Shown here piece by piece: positions 26,666 to 34,377 of a stretch of DNA of 38,588 bases. The notes under the pieces were generated by a model that was not told the origin of the DNA, made no database searches, and worked only from the letters and a program-made list of their open reading frames with translations. How positions within the stretch are numbered: position 1 is the stretch's first letter; every line of letters starts with the position of its first letter. The translations under genes and the position numbers were made by a program. The DNA is from a virus (taxonomy: Duplodnaviria; Caudoviricetes): IMG/VR virus record IMGVR_UViG_3300049437_000096, positions 1 through 38,588 of that record. One strand, 5' to 3'.

Positions 26666-26832
26666 ACTGGAATCAGCATTTGGATAAGTTCATCGCTGTT
26701 TTTGTATTTTTGATCGCAGTCGGGGTTTTCATGAAATCCGACAGTGAATTTGCAAAGGGCCTGGTCACCGGCGCCATGCTGACGATCAGCACTCTGTTGA
26801 GAGGCATAGATGCCAATGGAAAAAACCCTTAA
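26662..26832 (+). CDS. Small 2-TM holin candidate (56 aa, absent from the ORF track)
   Basis: AAGGAG RBS; ATGA overlap; translates to MNWNQHLDKFIAVFVFLIAVGVFMKSDSEFAKGLVTGAMLTISTLLRGIDANGKNP. Confidence 0.7.
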   Translation: MNWNQHLDKFIAVFVFLIAVGVFMKSDSEFAKGLVTGAMLTISTLLRGIDANGKNP

Positions 26833-27508
26833 ATGGATACTGCTCGTCGTCTCTATTTTCGCTATTGCAGAAATCGGTCTGTTGATTTGCGATCTTCGAT
26901 CGACGGTGAAAGAAGCCTCTAAAACCGTCCAGGAAGCTAGAGGCGCGATCGCGGACGTCCGGAGCTATACGGCAGAGCAAATGAAGCATCTTCGGGATCC
27001 GCGAAACGCTAAAGCGATTGACGCGGCCATTCAGACGGCGGCCATGTTTAACGCAACCGGCAGATTGATCAATCGTTCAGTCATCCCGCGAATCAATCAA
27101 AACCTGGACAATCTGTCGGAATCGACTGCCAGCCTCAATCGGCTAATCGCCAACGTTGACAAATCCGTCAATGACGAAATTGCTCCGGAGCTCGCCGGCG
27201 CGATCCAGTCTTCGGACGATTCTCTGAAAGAGCTTTCGAAAATGCTCTCAGAAGCCTCAGGACGGACGAACGCCTCTTTGGATGACATCCATCGTATTTT
27301 GTCGGATCCCGCAATGACGGCTACACTGCATGAGCTGCAGTCCATTTCCGAGCACGTCGACGGAGTCGCCGGCGAAATCGAAGAATCATCCCAGCAAATG
27401 CCTTCGATCGCCGCCAGTTTGGAGAAAATCGCCAAAACCTCCAGCAAGTATCAAAAGTTCGTTCTTCTGTCTCAAATTCTGTCCGCGATCGGGCGGACAT
27501 TCTTTTAA
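26810..27508 (+). CDS. Membrane-anchored long coiled-coil protein (i-spanin-like candidate)
   Basis: N-terminal TM WILLVVSIFAIAEIGLLIC, about 190 aa of heptads, hydrophobic C-terminus; lies in the lysis cassette. Confidence 0.55.
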   Translation: MPMEKTLKWILLVVSIFAIAEIGLLICDLRSTVKEASKTVQEARGAIADVRSYTAEQMKHLRDPRNAKAIDAAIQTAAMFNATGRLINRSVIPRINQNLDNLSESTASLNRLIANVDKSVNDEIAPELAGAIQSSDDSLKELSKMLSEASGRTNASLDDIHRILSDPAMTATLHELQSISEHVDGVAGEIEESSQQMPSIAASLEKIAKTSSKYQKFVLLSQILSAIGRTFF

Positions 27509-27539
27509 AAATCACAATTCACAATTTAAGGAGAATCTT

Positions 27540-28097
27540 ATGAGACGCATTCTAATGCTTCTTCTGGCATTGTTGTTTTTTCGTCCTTTTGTGGGACTGG
27601 CTCAAGAGCAACCCCCCATAAGTCGATTTTCAATAGATGCTTCCGCTATGGGTTTTTCTGGCGCCTCTCAATCATCAGCCGCGACCATTATTGGCGGATC
27701 TGTCGGCATGACCAAACGATTTGCGTTGGGATATCAGCAAATTCTTGTTCCGGATTTAAACGCGAACTATTATCTGGGAATTGCTACTTACACGCTGCAA
27801 CTAAAAACCCTTTTGGGTCAGAGGATCAGCGCAGCGCTGATATTCGATGCTTCAAAATTCAATGTGCGATTCTTGGGAGGCGCTGGCGTGAATCGCCAGC
27901 AGTTGAGCGAACCCTTGAATCAAAAGATCGCTGCTACATTGGGCGGAGCACTGGAATATTCAGCCAATAACACTTTATCGGTTGAAATTTTTTCAGCTCA
28001 ATGGATTCATGCCGGGATTAAGGGATTTGAAAAGGATCGGTTTGTGGTTACGCCTAACACGGCGGCGATCGCCAGCGGGCTAAAGCTGAAATTTTGA
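27540..28097 (+). CDS. Outer-membrane beta-barrel protein
   Basis: AAGGAG RBS; leader MRRILMLLLALLFFRPFVGLA; alternating amphipathic strands; C-terminal GLKLKF beta-signal. Confidence 0.7.
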   Translation: MRRILMLLLALLFFRPFVGLAQEQPPISRFSIDASAMGFSGASQSSAATIIGGSVGMTKRFALGYQQILVPDLNANYYLGIATYTLQLKTLLGQRISAALIFDASKFNVRFLGGAGVNRQQLSEPLNQKIAATLGGALEYSANNTLSVEIFSAQWIHAGIKGFEKDRFVVTPNTAAIASGLKLKF

Positions 28098-28110
28098 TCT
28101 GAAGGCATTT

Positions 28111-28146
28111 AGGGCCCGGAGCCGAAAGGCGTCCGGGCTTTTCTAT
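28111..28146 (+). terminator. Rho-independent terminator ending the late operon
   Basis: AGGGCCCGGAGCC-GAAA-GGCGTCCGGGCTTTTCTAT, between convergent genes. Confidence 0.85.
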
Positions 28147-28833
28147 TTATAGTTTATCGGAGCCAGTCTTCGTATCGGTCGATTTTTTTCCATTCATTTC
28201 ATTTCTTAAAAAATTAAGAGTATCATCAATGGACTTTTTTAATGCATCTGCAATTTCGCTTTTGTCATAACCCAATTTTTTCCCTAATAAAAACGCTTCG
28301 GTGATTCTTTCCTCCAACGATGATGGTTTTATAAGCTTTGGAAAATCAGCACGAAATGCGTTGCTGTAATTGTTGAATTTGGACTTGGTTGCCCATGTGA
28401 TCAATTTTAAATATATATTCCCTTGCTTTATTAGGGTTATTACGTAAGAGCAACTAATTCCATTGCCAATACCGGATAATTCGAATTGCAATGCGCTTTT
28501 GCCAGAAACATAAATGGTCTTAGGGTAAATGACTGTTAGTGAACCCAGATCTTCTGCTAGTTTTCCCATAGCGACCAGGGCATATTTTTCCAAATTCCAG
28601 CCTTCTCGGTCACTCATATCATCAACTCTTGCGACTATAAAAGCAGCATCTAGTTTATGTTTCAGCCTAACAATATCTTCTTCGTCTTTGTCTGGATCCA
28701 TTTTTTCCCAACCATCAGGCACGGCGATCTCAATAGAACCATCTTGGCTGCTAGCTGAATTGAAGATTTCAGTTTTTTCTTCGGCGAAAATTGGTGAAGC
28801 TAATAAAAAAAACAAGAGAGCTAATGGCTTCAT
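28147..28833 (-). CDS. Exported PsbP/DcrB-like-fold protein (moron; possible superinfection exclusion)
   Basis: Leader MKPLALLFFLLASPIFA; IEIAVPDGWEK and IYVSGKSALQFE; AT-rich; co-oriented with the repressor. Confidence 0.6.
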   Translation of the reverse strand: MKPLALLFFLLASPIFAEEKTEIFNSASSQDGSIEIAVPDGWEKMDPDKDEEDIVRLKHKLDAAFIVARVDDMSDREGWNLEKYALVAMGKLAEDLGSLTVIYPKTIYVSGKSALQFELSGIGNGISCSYVITLIKQGNIYLKLITWATKSKFNNYSNAFRADFPKLIKPSSLEERITEAFLLGKKLGYDKSEIADALKKSIDDTLNFLRNEMNGKKSTDTKTGSDKL

Positions 28834-29048
28834 TTTTTACCTATTTTTTATTGAACTCTTTTTCTTTTGTTAAATTCTAAAAATTCGACTGCCTCAAAAA
28901 CCTCAAATTCGATTTGGCTAGTTGTGGAGGCTACATGCATAAGAAATCTACAGCCACCTATTGTCCGCTTTCTAAAAATCATAAGCATGTTCTCGTTAGC
29001 CGCACTGACAATCCTGAAATAAAAAGATGCAAGCTGTGTTTAATTTGG

Positions 29049-29552
29049 CTACTTCCGCCGGCGTTGTACCGAGCTCTCTTTGGCTTCAGGGTCGATGGCG
29101 GCGGCGTCACTCATGCGGATAGCAAGATCAGCAACGTCGTAAACTTTCCGATTCACTCCTCCGGAGGCAGTTGCGTTATCGGACATGGAAATAAGATTCG
29201 AGGCAATGCCGGCGATCCAGATCTCCTTATCCGGCCGCTCGCTGGTTAATATATCCTCAAGCATTTTATGCAAATTTTTGTGTCCATGATGCGGGCAAGC
29301 AAAAGCATGTGTCGTCGGCTGCAAAACAGGCTTTTCATTAGCTAATCTTTTTTGCTCATAGATATAATCAACCGTCGTTTTTAACGCTTGAGCGATTCTT
29401 TCCAGACTTTCAGGATCATATTTCCCCGTATTTTCAATAGAACTAATCGTAGCGGGTCTCAATTTAGTCAGTTTAGATAAATCAGCCTGAGTTTTGCGAA
29501 CGTTTTCACGCAATTTTCTTACGATATCGCCAATGTGCCACTCGATAGACAT
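29049..29552 (-). CDS. CI-like repressor (XRE HTH, no S24 peptidase domain)
   Basis: IGDIVRKLRENVRKTQADLSKLTKLRPATISSIENTG; divergent from cro; ATG 29552 preferred over TTG 29591. Confidence 0.85.
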   Translation of the reverse strand: MSIEWHIGDIVRKLRENVRKTQADLSKLTKLRPATISSIENTGKYDPESLERIAQALKTTVDYIYEQKRLANEKPVLQPTTHAFACPHHGHKNLHKMLEDILTSERPDKEIWIAGIASNLISMSDNATASGGVNRKVYDVADLAIRMSDAAAIDPEAKESSVQRRRK

Positions 29553-29631
29553 AGCGTAATTATCGACATTATATAAATTCAAAGCAAACATAATTGATTG
29601 AATCTAAATGACTTATAAATAATCTAACTGC

Positions 29632-29697
29632 ATACCGAAATAAATTACGGAATTATCTTGACAATCTATTTCCGTATACCGTATATAAATACGGTAT
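29632..29697. promoter_or_regulatory. Lysis-lysogeny switch: two dyad operators and a rightward promoter
   Basis: ATACCGAAA-N4-TTACGGAAT (29632-29653) and ATACCGTAT-N4-ATACGGTAT (29676-29697); TTGACA at 29658 with TATATA/TATAAA at 29682-29689. Confidence 0.8.
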
Positions 29698-29893
29698 GAA
29701 ACAGCTTAGAAAAATCCGTGAAGATAAAAACCTCAAACAAAAACAGCTGGCGGCTTTAGCCAATGTTCGATCCGCAACAATTTGCGACATCGAAAAGGGG
29801 AGAATAAAGAATCCCCATATCGAAACATTGGAAAAGATCGCCTGCGTTCTTGGCGTTCCAGAGGCGAAAACTCTTCTCGACGACGTTGCTTAA
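29696..29893 (+). CDS. cro: Cro-like XRE HTH regulator
   Basis: LRKIREDKNLKQKQLAALANVRSATICDIEKGRIKNP; 65 aa; divergent from the repressor. Confidence 0.85.
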   Translation: MKQLRKIREDKNLKQKQLAALANVRSATICDIEKGRIKNPHIETLEKIACVLGVPEAKTLLDDVA

Positions 29894-29931
29894 TCAAACT
29901 CGGATAGCCTCCACAGGAGGTTTTTAAAACT

Positions 29932-30228
29932 ATGAACATCAATCCGGAAAACGAATCCAAAGATGAAAGGATCCCAGTCGCGGTTCCAGCTTCGATAAAA
30001 GCCTGGGTTCGCGATCGCGCGCGGCTTCTAGGGACGAATTCATCTGAACTCGTTTGCAATTGGATCATTGAAAAGCTTCGGGAGCAAGAAGGTATACGTA
30101 TATGTCCGGATAGTATACCGGAATTGCTCAAAACGATCGAAACGCTGAACGTCAAGGCCGACAAGCTTCGCAGCCAATTTGGCATGGTATACGCTGGTCT
30201 AGGAAATAGCAAAGCAAAGGTTTCATAA
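29932..30228 (+). CDS. Ribbon-helix-helix-like regulator in the cII position
   Basis: AGGAGG RBS; RIPVAVPASIKAWVRDRARLLGTNSSELV. Confidence 0.6.
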   Translation: MNINPENESKDERIPVAVPASIKAWVRDRARLLGTNSSELVCNWIIEKLREQEGIRICPDSIPELLKTIETLNVKADKLRSQFGMVYAGLGNSKAKVS

Positions 30229-30229
30229 A

Positions 30230-30361
30230 ATGAACATCATCGCTGCCCGGACAATCGAAGAAACCGGCCGCATCGTGACTTTATTCCTTGTCGACTTTTC
30301 CCGTGAACTCGGCCGCAAATCAGGAGCCGTACAAAGCAAGGAATCCAGGAGGAACGCATGA
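30230..30361 (+). CDS. Hypothetical 43-aa protein (absent from the ORF track)
   Basis: MNIIAARTIEETGRIVTLFLVDFSRELGRKSGAVQSKESRRNA; ATGA-coupled to the next ORF. Confidence 0.4.
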   Translation: MNIIAARTIEETGRIVTLFLVDFSRELGRKSGAVQSKESRRNA

Positions 30362-30531
30362 GCAGACGATTTCAATATCGCCCCAAAGGACGGATCCGCG
30401 TATCTCCCACAATCAAATGCGATCGCTGCGGATACTTTCATCGCATCCAGGAAGACTGCAAATTCTGCAAGCCTCAAAACGATTACAGAAAGGCCTGGGC
30501 AAACCTCGATGCAGAAAAGAGGAGTTTATGA
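30358..30531 (+). CDS. 57-aa zinc-finger protein (absent from the ORF track)
   Basis: AGGAGG RBS; CDRC...CKFC; ATGA overlaps at both ends. Confidence 0.65.
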   Translation: MSRRFQYRPKGRIRVSPTIKCDRCGYFHRIQEDCKFCKPQNDYRKAWANLDAEKRSL

Positions 30532-30818
30532 GCCAGCACTGGTGCATCGAATGCGGAGAGTGGGGCTGTGATTGCGACTACAAATGCGGACATGTCCGAA
30601 ACACTGCGGGCATTCCTGAGCCGGCTTGCCCGCAGTGTTTCGAAAATCAAAAGATCTATGCTCTCGCGCTGGATATTTTGAACGCTAATCCCAAGCTCAG
30701 TGTGAAAGACGCCGGCGATTACGCCGCCCGCATCCTCTGGGCGGAGTCGCGCGAAAACTTTCACGCCATGACATTCCTGCTAAACGAAGCCATTTACGGA
30801 GACCGCAATGCTGCATGA
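30528..30818 (+). CDS. Cys-rich hypothetical protein
   Basis: GAGGAG RBS; ATG 30528; CIEC, CDC and CPQC. Confidence 0.65.
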   Translation: MSQHWCIECGEWGCDCDYKCGHVRNTAGIPEPACPQCFENQKIYALALDILNANPKLSVKDAGDYAARILWAESRENFHAMTFLLNEAIYGDRNAA

Positions 30819-31014
30819 TTTTGCCAAATACTCCGAAAGCAATTTCCTTATGAGAAATCAAAGATTTTTGCCCTGGGTCACCGCTCCGGCTCGCAGATCC
30901 TTATGGAGCCGAATCCGGTGGATCCGTTGGCCGTTCTTTGTTGTCTTTGGAGCGGTCCTATTCGGGATCGCGCTGGAAATCATTTTTTTCATTTTCAGTT
31001 GGCTGGGACTATGA
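30808..31014 (+). CDS. Small membrane protein
   Basis: GGAG RBS; C-terminal hydrophobic segment. Confidence 0.6.
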   Translation: MLHDFAKYSESNFLMRNQRFLPWVTAPARRSLWSRIRWIRWPFFVVFGAVLFGIALEIIFFIFSWLGL

Positions 31015-31364
31015 ATCTTGCCGCTCTTGACCGTGAATTTTCGCTCTTCATCCGATCGCGTTCTGGCTGGACCTGCGCCAGGTGCGGCGGCGATTTTGAA
31101 GGGGCGAAAGAGCTGCTGCACTGCTCGCATTACTTCTCGCGTCATAATAAGAGTGTGAGGTTTGACCCTGACAACTGCGACGCCCTCTGCTGGCAATGCC
31201 ACGCTTATTTCGACAGTCATAAAACGGACTACGCAACATGGAAGGAAATCCGTTTGGGCTGGCAGAAATTTGCGGCGCTTCAGCAAAGGGCGTCAGGAAT
31301 CATAAAGCTGGACACGCGCCAGGTGAGAGTTTTCATCCGAAAGATGATGCATCAGGCGGCTTAA
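31011..31364 (+). CDS. ninG: NinG/Rap-like HNH recombination nuclease
   Basis: LDREFSLFIRSR..WTCARCG, HCSHYFSR, VRFDPDNCDALCWQCH. Confidence 0.85.
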   Translation: MNLAALDREFSLFIRSRSGWTCARCGGDFEGAKELLHCSHYFSRHNKSVRFDPDNCDALCWQCHAYFDSHKTDYATWKEIRLGWQKFAALQQRASGIIKLDTRQVRVFIRKMMHQAA

Positions 31365-31504
31365 CTGTTTTTGGCGCTGCCGGGCAGCGCTCGCGCAATT
31401 TCACTGTACCCAATTTAAAGGAATCTCGGCTGCTCCGCTTTATTTGCGGAGGATCGCCGTCGCCCAACGGCATCCGGGCGGAGCGGCCGGCAGAGGAGGC
31501 CTTA

Positions 31505-31621
31505 ATGGTTTACCCTGCAGCTACTTTAATATTTTTCGGCGGCATGATAACGGGCTGGATCATCATCAGCTTTTGCCTGGCCGCCGGCAGAGCAGACGAC
31601 GAATCGGAGCGCAACCGATGA
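31505..31621 (+). CDS. 38-aa membrane peptide
   Basis: GAGGAGG RBS; FFGGMITGWIIISFCLAAGRAD. Confidence 0.6.
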   Translation: MVYPAATLIFFGGMITGWIIISFCLAAGRADDESERNR

Positions 31622-31905
31622 TCCTAACCGTCGCCGATGAAGCTTTGCAAAACATCAACCGCCTGCTGCAGGCCCGCTCAGCCTGCCAGTCTATTCTCCG
31701 CGAAAAGTACTGGAGCATTGTAAAAGGGTTCAAGGATGAAATCCTCGAACTCACAAGAAAAACTTGTAAGTCTCCCATTGAAATAGCCGCCGAGCGGGTC
31801 CAGATCATGGTTGATCAGATGCTCATTCTCTACACGCTGGCCGGTTGTATCGAAGCAATCGAGGAGATTTCAAATTCCGTATACAGAAAGGCAATTAATC
31901 AATGA
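31618..31905 (+). CDS. Hypothetical protein
   Basis: ATGA-coupled at both ends. Confidence 0.6.
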   Translation: MILTVADEALQNINRLLQARSACQSILREKYWSIVKGFKDEILELTRKTCKSPIEIAAERVQIMVDQMLILYTLAGCIEAIEEISNSVYRKAINQ

Positions 31906-32471
31906 ATTTGGATTTAGTAATCGATCAGCTCCAGGCGGAATACGACAAGATCGGAGCGGCGATCGAAGCCTTGAAAAACATTAGCAATGATCCGCCGGCG
32001 ATCGCGCAGGCTCCGGAGCCCTCAAATGAGAGGACAAAACCGGAAGCAATCGTCAAAACGACCAAAACTGGGAAGCTTCCTGCAGGCGAAGCAAAAGGAA
32101 AGATCGTTCAGTTTTTGCAAAAGCATCCCAACTCGACGAAATCAGCCATGGAATTGGCTCTGGCGCTAGAGGCATGGACAATTGATTGGCATTTGCGCGA
32201 ACTGCTCAGCAAAAAGCAAGTAATAAAAACGGGCATAGGCAAGGCGGCAACCTATTCGCTGATTCCAATTACATTCCCCAGCAAAACGAGTTCTCCAGAC
32301 AAAAAATTCTTTTGCGAGCCATGCCATGCAACGTTTGTCGATCAGCAGCATTTAGAAGAGCACATCAAATTGCGCCATTCCAATGAGCAAAAATTTCCAT
32401 GCGATGAATGCGATAAGAATTTTGCTACAGAGGGAGATCTCACCGCGCACAAGTTGAGGAGGCATCCATGA
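31902..32471 (+). CDS. Coiled coil plus winged HTH plus two tandem C2H2 zinc fingers
   Basis: KIVQFLQKHP...WHLRELLSKKQV..TG.GKAATYSL winged HTH; two copies of F-x-C-x2-C-x3-F-x5-L-x2-H-x4-H. Confidence 0.8.
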   Translation: MNLDLVIDQLQAEYDKIGAAIEALKNISNDPPAIAQAPEPSNERTKPEAIVKTTKTGKLPAGEAKGKIVQFLQKHPNSTKSAMELALALEAWTIDWHLRELLSKKQVIKTGIGKAATYSLIPITFPSKTSSPDKKFFCEPCHATFVDQQHLEEHIKLRHSNEQKFPCDECDKNFATEGDLTAHKLRRHP

Positions 32472-34084
32472 CAGACTACCAGGTGCAGATGATACCGCTC
32501 GATCAGCTTCACGAATCTCCAGACAACACGCGCCGGCGCTACAATGAAAAGAAAATGCTGGAACTGGTCGAGAGCGTTCGAAGCAACGGCGTTTTAGTCC
32601 CTTTGATAGTGAGAGAGATGCATGATGGCGATGATGTGGTTTTGGGTTATGAAATCATTGCAGGCTCCCGCCGTTTCAGAGCCGCGCAGGCTGCGGAAAA
32701 GGAAAAAATTCCCGCCGTCATTCGAGATGTAACAGATGAAGAAGCTCTCGAAATAAACATTTACGAAAACGACCAGCGCGAAGATGTTCATCCTCTTGAG
32801 CAGGCGGCCGGATACCAGAAGCTGCTGCAGCGGCCAGGATATGACATGGCCGCTCTTTGCGCGAAATTTTCGCGATCGGAAACATTTTTTTACAAGCGGC
32901 TGCAGCTGCTTAAAATGATTCAATCGGCTCAGGATAGATTTTTGGAAGATGAGATTACTCTCGGCCATGCGGAGGCAATTGCAAGACTGCAGCCTAAAGA
33001 TCAAATTGAAGCTCTTAAGCAGTGTTTTGACATCCGATGGATCAACGGCAAAAATGTCCCTGTCCTTTGCAGCGTCAAGGAAATCGAATCCTGGATTCAG
33101 CGCGAAATACTTTTAGATCTTCATGCGGCGCCATTTTCCAAAACAGATGACATTATAGAAAAAGCTTGTCCTTGCGTCACTTGTCACAAGCGCACCGGAT
33201 TCACTCCGGCGCTTTTCGATGATATTGCCAAGAAAGACACCTGCACGGATCCCAGCTGTTATCACGCAAAGCTGCAAAAACATATCGAGCTGAAAAAGGC
33301 GGAAGCTCAGGAATCAGAAGAGAAGCTGCTCAACCTTGCGACCAGGTCTTGGACCAGCGGAAACGAAGATAAAAAGATTCCTGATTTGCTTTTGCTGGAC
33401 AAATGGCGCGAAGTCAAAAAGAAAGACAAATGCGAGTTTGTGAAAAAGGGCATTGTCGTCGCCGGCGACCGCGATTTGGGCAAAGTACTGCAGGTATGCA
33501 CGAATACAAAATGTAAAACTCATTTCGGCAATGCAATAACTTACAATGTCGATCCCAAAGAAAAAGAGCGACTGCGCAAAGAAAAGCTTCAAAAGCAGCT
33601 TGCAAAAATAGTAAATGATCGCGTCCTCAGTGAAGTTATCGCGAGAGTGCCGCGCGATTTTGACAGAAGTGATTTTGAATTGATCGCCGGCATCCTTGCT
33701 TCCAGGCACAACGACGAAGCCTTAAAGCCTATATGCGATCGTTATAATTGGGGACCTGGGAAAAATGATTGGGGACAAACAGCCTGGGAACCGTCAGTCA
33801 TAGCGAATTTATCTCTTTTGAGCGATCACGAACTTTTAAAGATGATTATAGAGCTTTGTCTGCTCATTCGCCCAGTGCAACTTGACAGCGATGTGAAGCG
33901 TCTCCACTCGGCCGCCGATCGCTACGGCGTAGACGTCAAAGCCGTAGAAAAAGCGGTTTCTTTCGAATTCAATAAAAAGTCAAAACCGGCCGAATCTGAA
34001 ACGAAAGCAAAAAAATCCGAGACGAAAGCGCCCAAACCTGAGACGAAAACGAAAAAGCGTGCAACGAAGAAGGTTAAAAAGTGA
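32468..34084 (+). CDS. parB: Large ParB/Spo0J-domain protein with Cys-rich C-terminal region
   Basis: LVESVRSNGVLVPLIVR, YEIIAGSRRFRAA, ENDQREDVHPLEQA, an HTH, and CVTCHKRTG...CTDPSCY. Confidence 0.9.
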   Translation: MTDYQVQMIPLDQLHESPDNTRRRYNEKKMLELVESVRSNGVLVPLIVREMHDGDDVVLGYEIIAGSRRFRAAQAAEKEKIPAVIRDVTDEEALEINIYENDQREDVHPLEQAAGYQKLLQRPGYDMAALCAKFSRSETFFYKRLQLLKMIQSAQDRFLEDEITLGHAEAIARLQPKDQIEALKQCFDIRWINGKNVPVLCSVKEIESWIQREILLDLHAAPFSKTDDIIEKACPCVTCHKRTGFTPALFDDIAKKDTCTDPSCYHAKLQKHIELKKAEAQESEEKLLNLATRSWTSGNEDKKIPDLLLLDKWREVKKKDKCEFVKKGIVVAGDRDLGKVLQVCTNTKCKTHFGNAITYNVDPKEKERLRKEKLQKQLAKIVNDRVLSEVIARVPRDFDRSDFELIAGILASRHNDEALKPICDRYNWGPGKNDWGQTAWEPSVIANLSLLSDHELLKMIIELCLLIRPVQLDSDVKRLHSAADRYGVDVKAVEKAVSFEFNKKSKPAESETKAKKSETKAPKPETKTKKRATKKVKK

Positions 34085-34377
34085 ACGTTCAAGAACTCGG
34101 CCAGCTGATCGATGTAGTGAAGTTTCTTCGGTCCCACAATATCGACTCAGAGCCGGCGCGCATTCTGGAAAGGGAAGTCTGTTATCAGATGCTTCTTCTT
34201 TGCCCTTATAAGAGCGGCTGCTCTCAAGATGTTTTATATCCCGGTGTTCCGAAAGAAGTAGTGCAAGCCGTCATTGTGGGAATACTGCAGGGCCGGCCGC
34301 GCGACACTGGCCTGGCTCCGATTTTACAAAATTCAACGATATGGAGGTCTTGGGAGCGGCAGGCCGGATTAACTTAA
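34081..34377 (+). CDS. Hypothetical protein
   Basis: GTGA-coupled to parB. Confidence 0.45.
   Translation: MNVQELGQLIDVVKFLRSHNIDSEPARILEREVCYQMLLLCPYKSGCSQDVLYPGVPKEVVQAVIVGILQGRPRDTGLAPILQNSTIWRSWERQAGLT

Noticed and set aside
26810-26895. Lipoprotein signal (u-spanin) at GLLIC
   Set aside because: It does not fit the L-(A/S)-(G/A)-C lipobox, so it is treated as a TM anchor pending prediction.
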